Part shown: positions 44,286-51,493 of the stretch, one piece after another
How positions within the stretch are numbered: position 1 is the stretch's first letter
Layout of the letters: each line of letters begins with the position of its first letter
Source of the DNA: a virus
Taxonomy: Duplodnaviria; Caudoviricetes
DNA: 64,000 nucleotides
Virus record (IMG/VR): IMGVR_UViG_3300048502_000133
Span: 21,431 to 85,430 of that record
Direction: 5' to 3' (one strand)
Translations under genes and position numbers: made by a program
Notes under the pieces: generated by a model
Database searches by the model: none
Told to the model about the DNA's origin: nothing
Seen by the model: only the letters and a program-made list of their open reading frames with translations

Positions 44286-45329
44286 ATGGCCGTACAGGGC
44301 ATCGTCAGCAAGATCTACGACAGCAGCCAGCGTACGGGCATCGGATCCGCCTGGCTGGCGGATCTGGCCCACCTCTCCCCGTCGCCGCACCATCTGCTGA
44401 TCCGGGCCAGCGTGGTAGCAGACACGCTGACCAATACGGTCAACACCCAGGCGCTGGTGGGCGATCTGCGGCAGTACAGCGCGGCAGGCTTCCCGGTCTA
44501 TCTGGTCCTGGACCATGGCTTCGATGTGTTCGATCTCTTGCGCCCCGGTGCAACGATGGACAGTGCCGCGAACGCGCCGCTGGGCTTCAACGGTGATCGG
44601 CTCCTCTCCCGCTACATCAACCACTTCTCGCTGCAAGCAGTCGCAGTCGTGCAGCACCTGCAGGGGCTGATCGCGGGCGTGTTCATCTGGAATGAGCCCA
44701 ACCTGGACAGCAGCACGCTTGCGCCGGGCCAGATCCCCACGAAGCCCTCCAGTCTCGCGCCGGAGGTGTTCGGCGCGCTGTTGTACTCCACGACCAAGCG
44801 CCTCCGGGCCGCGTGTCCCTGGCTCCAGGTGATCTACCCCGGCGCGCTGTCCTGTCTGGTTGGCTTCGATACCGACGCGCGCGGCCCCTGGATCGGCGGG
44901 TACATGGACAAAGCTATCGCGTATCTGCGCGCGGCGGGCGCCGTCGAGCCCTGGGAATGGGACGGTGTGTGCCTCAATCTGGAGGGCGTCGTCACTGAGT
45001 CCTATATGCGCTATACCGCAGGGGCAATCGACGATCTCAAAGGCCCCACGCATTGGGGCGTCTCCGGGCCGCTGGTCGTGGGCGAGTGGGGCGTGTCCAA
45101 TGGTGGCCCCGGCGTGCTCAGTGCCGACAAGATGCACGCCGCGTTCACCGCGATCAACGATCACAGCGACCTGATGTTCTTCTTCTCGCACCACGCGCTG
45201 GAGCCCGGCAACCCCACCAGCTACGGCTGTACCGCCTACAGCCAGTCCAACGGCATATTTATCCCTACCACGTTGCTCCCCTGGCACGCCCTGGTAACGG
45301 ACGAACTCGCCCGGCTCTACGCCAGCTAA
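44286..45329 (+). CDS. Clan GH-A glycoside hydrolase in head module
   Basis: GVFIWNEPN acid/base; PLVVGEWG nucleophile. Confidence 0.8.
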   Translation: MAVQGIVSKIYDSSQRTGIGSAWLADLAHLSPSPHHLLIRASVVADTLTNTVNTQALVGDLRQYSAAGFPVYLVLDHGFDVFDLLRPGATMDSAANAPLGFNGDRLLSRYINHFSLQAVAVVQHLQGLIAGVFIWNEPNLDSSTLAPGQIPTKPSSLAPEVFGALLYSTTKRLRAACPWLQVIYPGALSCLVGFDTDARGPWIGGYMDKAIAYLRAAGAVEPWEWDGVCLNLEGVVTESYMRYTAGAIDDLKGPTHWGVSGPLVVGEWGVSNGGPGVLSADKMHAAFTAINDHSDLMFFFSHHALEPGNPTSYGCTAYSQSNGIFIPTTLLPWHALVTDELARLYAS

Positions 45330-45342
45330 AGGAGGCGCCGCT

Positions 45343-46539
45343 ATGGCTGTCTTGACCACCGGCGCCCGCCGGGTGCTCCTCGCGGGCATCGTGGCCAGTC
45401 TCCAGGAATCCGGATCCACGCACTGGGTCACTCTCAAATCCAGCGCCGGGCTGGTTACCCACGTCTGCGTGGACGCCTCCGGCACGATCACCCATGGGCC
45501 TGGGCATCTGCGGGGACACAACATCAACCACCTGCCCGCCGCGCCGCCGCGTACCTCCGGCGACACGAAGACGCATACGTCCAGTAAAAAAGTATCCGGA
45601 GATCTTCCGGCGGAAGTCACGCACCATGCCCCCGGCGCGCCCGCGCCCGCCGGTGCCGCGCACTTTGGCGATGACGAGCCCGCTGGACCAGTACCGGACA
45701 GCTCCCCGGAGAGCGCGCAAGCTGCCTACGGCGCCGCCCATAGCGTGCTGGTCGCGGATACATCCCCGGAAATCCACACGTCGTTCAAGTCCTGGGTCAC
45801 CGGCAACATGCAGCAGGCGGTCGCGGCGTATCGCAAGCGGTTCGGCAACGTGATCAATGTCGATGACGCGCGCGAACTCAGCCCGGACTACGCCCACTCC
45901 AAAGAATCCCGTACTGCCTTTGCCAACGCGGTACAGAGCGGCGCCGGTGAGCTGGCCTGGAACGCCTACACACAGATGCTGGAGGAGCCCCCACCTCCCG
46001 GAAAATCGCCGCTGGTTGCGTTTCTGGCAGGCGGTGCCGGTTCGGGCAAGTCGAGCGCAGTCGGCAACGTACCGGGCCTGAATAACACCATAGCGCACGC
46101 CCACATTGTCTTCGACTCCACCATGAGCCGCCTGGACGACGCGGTAGAGCGCATCAACATGGCCCTGGCGGCAAAGCATGACGTGCTGATCGCCTATGTC
46201 CATCGTGACGCGGTAGACGCCTTCACCAACGGCAACCTGCCCCGCGCGGAAAATGACGGGCGAACGGTCCCAATCGCCTACCACGCCGCCGGGCACGCGG
46301 GCGCCGCCGAAGTGATCCGGGCGCTGCAAGAAAAATACAAGGGTGACAAGCGGGTAGAGATACGCGCCATCGACAACTCACGCGGCAAGGGCAAGCAGGC
46401 GGAAGTCCCGCTTTCCGCGCTCTCGCATGTGCAGTACAACCAGGAAGCACTCACCAACCAGCTGCACGAAGAGCTGGAGAAAGCACACCATGCCGGGGAA
46501 ATCTCGCGCCGGGTCTACGCTGCAACCCGGTCCCGATGA
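45343..46539 (+). CDS. Shared N-terminal domain plus zeta-toxin-like P-loop kinase
   Basis: FLAGGAGSGKS; VINVDD; IVFDSTM..IAYVHRD..R...GRTVP..H; leader ends LQE|S followed by the 39-aa shared motif. Confidence 0.8.
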   Translation: MAVLTTGARRVLLAGIVASLQESGSTHWVTLKSSAGLVTHVCVDASGTITHGPGHLRGHNINHLPAAPPRTSGDTKTHTSSKKVSGDLPAEVTHHAPGAPAPAGAAHFGDDEPAGPVPDSSPESAQAAYGAAHSVLVADTSPEIHTSFKSWVTGNMQQAVAAYRKRFGNVINVDDARELSPDYAHSKESRTAFANAVQSGAGELAWNAYTQMLEEPPPPGKSPLVAFLAGGAGSGKSSAVGNVPGLNNTIAHAHIVFDSTMSRLDDAVERINMALAAKHDVLIAYVHRDAVDAFTNGNLPRAENDGRTVPIAYHAAGHAGAAEVIRALQEKYKGDKRVEIRAIDNSRGKGKQAEVPLSALSHVQYNQEALTNQLHEELEKAHHAGEISRRVYAATRSR

Positions 46540-46732
46540 CAAAGCACCGCGCGTCCCGCAGCATATCAAGGACGCGATCATGGGCCAGCTGGTAGAGAAT
46601 TTACGCCAGGCAAGTCTGGATCCGGCCTATGAAGAAAAGCGCGCCGACGCCCGCCAGCGGGCATCAGATAGTATGACGAACCGCGCGCCGCGCGCACCCG
46701 ACGCGGCCCCCACACAAAAACCCAAACCGTAG
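46490..46732 (+). CDS. Small protein overlapping the zeta gene 3' end (possible antitoxin/partner)
   Basis: ATG 46490 with GGAG upstream; 80 aa. Confidence 0.45.
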   Translation: MPGKSRAGSTLQPGPDDKAPRVPQHIKDAIMGQLVENLRQASLDPAYEEKRADARQRASDSMTNRAPRAPDAAPTQKPKP

Positions 46733-46865
46733 GCGATCAGCGATTACGCGAACGCTATTGCACTGTGCCCGTGCCCGGTACGGGCCAGCGGCGCCCGTAC
46801 ATCCGGTGTACGGACCAGCGGCGCCCGGATCTACCCCGCCAACTAATACCCCCTCTGGAGGACCG

Positions 46866-49800
46866 ATGGCCCTATACCACGCCTTTGCGGAAATCCGGCG
46901 CGACCTTGCACGCCGTCTGCAAGAATCCGGCGGCGGGCACTGGATAACGCTGGTGTCCGATGAAGATATTGAGACGCACGTATTTGTCGGCGGCGGCGGG
47001 CAGATCACCAAAGGCCCCAAGCATCTGGTAGGCGCCAATATCGCGCATCTTCCCGCCCCGCCCCATCATGGGGATGTTATCTCCGGCGGCAAGAAGCCCA
47101 GCAAGGTGATCGAGCACAAGCCCGGCACCAAGGGGGCAAAAAACGCCGCCAAGAAGGCGACGGAGCACCCTAGCTACCACGAACACCAAGAGACGAAAAC
47201 CGCGCACGTCTACGGCAAATGGGGTCCAGGCGTCGGCTATGACGTGCAGGTAGACAACCCGCTCCCTGAAATGAGCGCGGATCACGCGCACCTGGGCTAC
47301 CAGGCAGCCGTAGACGAACAGAAGCTCAAGGCGGGCGGGCTCCACCACGCAGGCATCGCTCCGGCACTGGAAGCCCGCACGCACAACGAAATCACCGCCG
47401 CCCAGCACGAAGCGCTCCGGCATGGCCTGCTGGCGGGAGATCTCCATGAGGCCAACTTTGCCGACACACTGGCCGGGCACAAGAGCGATCACGCCCTGGC
47501 GAAGAAGGTCGCGCACGACGCGATCGACGCGCACGTCAAGGCGGGCGCCCTGGAGCAGTCCACAGCGGAAGATCTCCACGCCGGGCTGGATATGGGCCTG
47601 CTCACGCCCGCACAGATCCACGCCGGGAATGACCACGCCATGCAGCAGCACCTGGCGGGTATGGCCCAGGCGAAGCAGCACAAGGCGCTGCAGGACGCGC
47701 ACGCGGCGGTAGACACCGTAGGCCCGAACTCCCCGTTCAACGCGGTCAAAGCCCACGCCGATCTTGACTCCGGCACCGTCTCCCCCGAAGAGATGCTGGA
47801 GAAGGTGGACAAGCTCAAGAAGATGGAAGCGCACCAGGCGCTGACCAAAGCAGAAGTCCAGGGCATCTTCGATACGCCAACGACGCCCGCCGATCTCGCG
47901 CAAAAACTGCATCAAGATCTCACCAACGGCGACATGAGCCCCGAAGCGATACACGCGGAACTGGCAGACCAGAAGGCTGCCTATACGGCGCATGTGGGTT
48001 CGTTCCTGGACACGGAGCACCAGGCAGGCAACCTGGGCCTGACCGACGCCGACGCGGCGGATCTCAAGGCTGCCCTGCAGAAGGGCGACCTCACGCCGCA
48101 GTACGTGCATGGCGTGGTCAAGCAGCTCAAGGCCGCGAACGACCAGAGCAAGCTCATGGACGACATGAACAAGGCCCACGATACGATCGACGCGGTAGTC
48201 TCCGCCGGGCTGGTCCCGTATCACCTTAGCTCCCTGCACCAGCAGGCTGCGGCAGGTGACACCGCAGGCGTCTACAAGACCCTGGAAGAGCAGGCGGCGC
48301 TCTTTACCGCGAACGAAGACGCGCTCAAGGCGATGGTCAAGGCAGGCACGCTGACGCCAAGCGAAGCCGACGACATTAAACACAGCATCCTCTCCGGCGC
48401 AACCCCCAATACCGAAGACGCCGCCGGAAACGCCGCCAATCTGGTGACAGAGCAGAAGATCAAGGGCGCGCACGATCTGCTGCAGCAGGCATACGACCAT
48501 GGCGCGATCGGGCTCTCCGCGAAGGGCCACTACCAGACCTCTCTCCTGACCGGGCTCAAGAGCCCCCAGGAAATCTCCAGCCTGCTGTCCACGCAGTACG
48601 GGTATACCCCGGAGACCGCCGCGACCGCGCACGCGATCGACGCCGCCAAGCAGGCGGGCCAGATCACCTATAACCAGGCATCGGATCTGCAGGATCTGGT
48701 CTTCAACGGCTCCTATTCCCAGGAGTACGTCAAGGACAAGCTGCAGGAGATGATCGGCGGGCACGACGCCCTCCACAACGCGGTAGACGGCGCGGTCAGC
48801 GCGGGCATCCTGGATCCGGACACCGCGACCTACATCAAGGAAGGCGTCCACAACGGCAACGTCACGCCCGGCGAGGCCCAGGAGCTTATCCAGACCCTCA
48901 CGTCTGCGGTAGACCAGACCAACGCGGCGGCACACACAGCGGATCAATCGACACTCGCGCCGGTCGCGGTGCCCATGGACGGGCACGCCGGTATCGACGC
49001 GCACCACCAGGCGGGCATCATCACGTCAGATCATGCCCACGATCTCCACGACTCACTGGACGCGGGGTTTATCGATCAGCAAGATCTCAACGCCATGCTG
49101 GGCTCCGCGAAAGCCGCCCACGACGCCCAACAGGAAGTCGCCGCACACACCGGCACGCTCCAGCAGGCGATAGACGACGCGCACGCCGCCGGAGGCATCG
49201 ACGCCGCTACCCACCAGCTCCTCCATGGGCACCTGGCGCATGGGTCCATGAGCCCGGAGGAAGTCTACGGCGCCCTGGGCAATCACATGACCGGCGCCGC
49301 CGCAGCGGATCTGATTCCACCGCTCGACACCCGCCCGACGCTCAACATGGCCCAGTGGTCCAAGAAAGGCAACGACGCCGCGCAGAAAGTGTGGGACAAG
49401 CACCACTCCAGCGAGGAAACCGCCGCGAACCGGGTCAGCAAGCGCCTGCAAAAGCTGATTACGCCGCAGGAGGCCGAAGCGCTCCATGACGCGATCGTCG
49501 GCGGCACCTATGGCGGAGGCTACAAAACCTACCACCCCGGCAACCCTCACGCTGCCCTGGCACGCCTGATTACAGAGCACTGGAACGCTTCTTCCACGAA
49601 ATTAGGCTCCCTGGTAGGGATGCACGCGGTTACGGATGAGTTCGGGCTTCCCGGCTTCCAGAACGATCCGGGCATTGGCGATGCGGACTACAACACCGCC
49701 ACCAAGATCTATAAGCAGCACACCAAGGCCGCCAGGGCCTGGGCGCGCGCGGTCTACGATGAAACACAGTCACACTTTGCCCAGGAAGGCGTTACGCACG

Positions 49801-51482
49801 TCTCATTGGCGCGCGGCGGCGGCGTGTGGGGCGAAACACCAGGAAGTAAACACAAGGCTCTGCAGGACGCCGCAGCGGAAGCAGGGTTCGGCAATGCTGC
49901 GGTCGCGCACGTTGCCGCTGGGAGTCACTATCAACGCCCGCTGGCCAGCTGGGCGTTGAACCAGGGCTTCAGCAAGGAAGGCAACGGCGAAAACGGCGTT
50001 ACCCACATGGCCACCTTCCCGGTCTCGCACATCTTCTCCCACTCTGGATCCGGGCCAGGCACCAGCTACGAAGTAGAGTACGTCCCTATGGGGCATAACC
50101 AGGATCACCTGGTCATTCGCGGCGATGATGCCCGGCGCGCACTGGTCACAAAGATCCAGAAAGGCGAAGGCGTCTCGATTCAACCAGGGCAGGGCGGCAA
50201 GGCGTCACTGCTGGGCAAGGCAGACTACGATCCGAACACAGAGTACGCCGAAGGGCCGTACGCCGCCGGTGCGAAGAGCCCCGCCGGTGTGCCGTTAGCG
50301 TCCGGCGCGCACGCCGCAGGGAGCCCCGCCGGTACGACCCCCAAGAAGCCCGCCAAACCCAAGACCAAAGAGCAGGAAGAAGCCGCCTTCAACAAGTCCC
50401 TGGCGAAACTGGGCGTGGATCCGCACAAAGTCCCTGAATACGGCAACATGACCGTCCCTACCGCGCTCAAGCACGCCCTGGCAGCGGGTCATATCGACAA
50501 GGCCGAACACGACACCATGCACGCCAAGTGGAAGAGCAAGTACGCCTCGAAATCCAGCGTCATGTACGCCCTGCAGCAGCTGAGTTACAACCACCTCCAC
50601 AAGCAAGCGCTCCACCACATCACCGGCGCCCTTGCCAACGGAGAGATTACCGGCCAGCAAGCCGTCCACTACCTGGAGCAGATCCAGCACCAGTCCTACA
50701 AGCCCGCGCTCACCGACCTTGCCCCGAAGGACAAGACCCACGAAGGCGCGCGGGCGTTCTCACTGGCAACCGCCTATGAGGACGCCGGACACATCTCCGG
50801 TAAGCACCTGGCGCATATCGCCCAGGCGCTGAATGATGAGCCCAATAGCACCATCGAAAAGCACCTCTCCAAGTACTACCAAGGTGCTGATAACACCCTG
50901 ATGAACTACCAGGCCAGCACTGCCGCGAAGACGATCGCGCACGCCGCCTTCAACAGCCAGCCCGGTACACACGCGATCAGCAACGACCACATCAACAACA
51001 TCATGTACGACCTGAACCACCACGCGACCGACCAGGCCAGTTTCCATCTCCTGGCGCATCTGCTGCCCAGGGGCGGCACCCTGGGACCAACCGCGTTGCA
51101 GCACGTCGAACGCGCCCACAGCGCCGGGCACCTGACCTACCAGCAGCGCATGGCGCTCAGGTCCGGGCTACTCAGCGGCGACACAAGCCCCGACGCCGCG
51201 CTGCACACGCTCAAGACGGAACATAACTACGACGCCGCCAACCCCATAGGGACGCACGTAGGTGCCAACCAGTACCCGGCGGAGTCCAGTTCAATGATCG
51301 CCAAGCAGGCCCTGGCAAACGCTCTGGCGGCAGGCCACATCACCCCGCTGGAGCACGACGCGCACCTGAACAGCCTCAAGGGCACCGTCTACAGCGACAA
51401 AATCCCAGATCTTCATACCGCGCTTGCCCATGCCGCCACCGCGCACCAGGCGAATCAAACGCACAGCACCCAGGCAGCCTAA
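46866..51482 (+). CDS. ~1540-aa His/Ala-rich protein: shared N-terminal domain, helical repeats, ADP-ribosyltransferase-like domain
   Basis: GGAGG RBS; VSLARG..PLASW..YEVEY (R-S-ExE); more than 12 A..AG.I/L repeats. Confidence 0.75.
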   Translation: MALYHAFAEIRRDLARRLQESGGGHWITLVSDEDIETHVFVGGGGQITKGPKHLVGANIAHLPAPPHHGDVISGGKKPSKVIEHKPGTKGAKNAAKKATEHPSYHEHQETKTAHVYGKWGPGVGYDVQVDNPLPEMSADHAHLGYQAAVDEQKLKAGGLHHAGIAPALEARTHNEITAAQHEALRHGLLAGDLHEANFADTLAGHKSDHALAKKVAHDAIDAHVKAGALEQSTAEDLHAGLDMGLLTPAQIHAGNDHAMQQHLAGMAQAKQHKALQDAHAAVDTVGPNSPFNAVKAHADLDSGTVSPEEMLEKVDKLKKMEAHQALTKAEVQGIFDTPTTPADLAQKLHQDLTNGDMSPEAIHAELADQKAAYTAHVGSFLDTEHQAGNLGLTDADAADLKAALQKGDLTPQYVHGVVKQLKAANDQSKLMDDMNKAHDTIDAVVSAGLVPYHLSSLHQQAAAGDTAGVYKTLEEQAALFTANEDALKAMVKAGTLTPSEADDIKHSILSGATPNTEDAAGNAANLVTEQKIKGAHDLLQQAYDHGAIGLSAKGHYQTSLLTGLKSPQEISSLLSTQYGYTPETAATAHAIDAAKQAGQITYNQASDLQDLVFNGSYSQEYVKDKLQEMIGGHDALHNAVDGAVSAGILDPDTATYIKEGVHNGNVTPGEAQELIQTLTSAVDQTNAAAHTADQSTLAPVAVPMDGHAGIDAHHQAGIITSDHAHDLHDSLDAGFIDQQDLNAMLGSAKAAHDAQQEVAAHTGTLQQAIDDAHAAGGIDAATHQLLHGHLAHGSMSPEEVYGALGNHMTGAAAADLIPPLDTRPTLNMAQWSKKGNDAAQKVWDKHHSSEETAANRVSKRLQKLITPQEAEALHDAIVGGTYGGGYKTYHPGNPHAALARLITEHWNASSTKLGSLVGMHAVTDEFGLPGFQNDPGIGDADYNTATKIYKQHTKAARAWARAVYDETQSHFAQEGVTHVSLARGGGVWGETPGSKHKALQDAAAEAGFGNAAVAHVAAGSHYQRPLASWALNQGFSKEGNGENGVTHMATFPVSHIFSHSGSGPGTSYEVEYVPMGHNQDHLVIRGDDARRALVTKIQKGEGVSIQPGQGGKASLLGKADYDPNTEYAEGPYAAGAKSPAGVPLASGAHAAGSPAGTTPKKPAKPKTKEQEEAAFNKSLAKLGVDPHKVPEYGNMTVPTALKHALAAGHIDKAEHDTMHAKWKSKYASKSSVMYALQQLSYNHLHKQALHHITGALANGEITGQQAVHYLEQIQHQSYKPALTDLAPKDKTHEGARAFSLATAYEDAGHISGKHLAHIAQALNDEPNSTIEKHLSKYYQGADNTLMNYQASTAAKTIAHAAFNSQPGTHAISNDHINNIMYDLNHHATDQASFHLLAHLLPRGGTLGPTALQHVERAHSAGHLTYQQRMALRSGLLSGDTSPDAALHTLKTEHNYDAANPIGTHVGANQYPAESSSMIAKQALANALAAGHITPLEHDAHLNSLKGTVYSDKIPDLHTALAHAATAHQANQTHSTQAA

Positions 51483-51493
51483 AGGAGGCGAGA

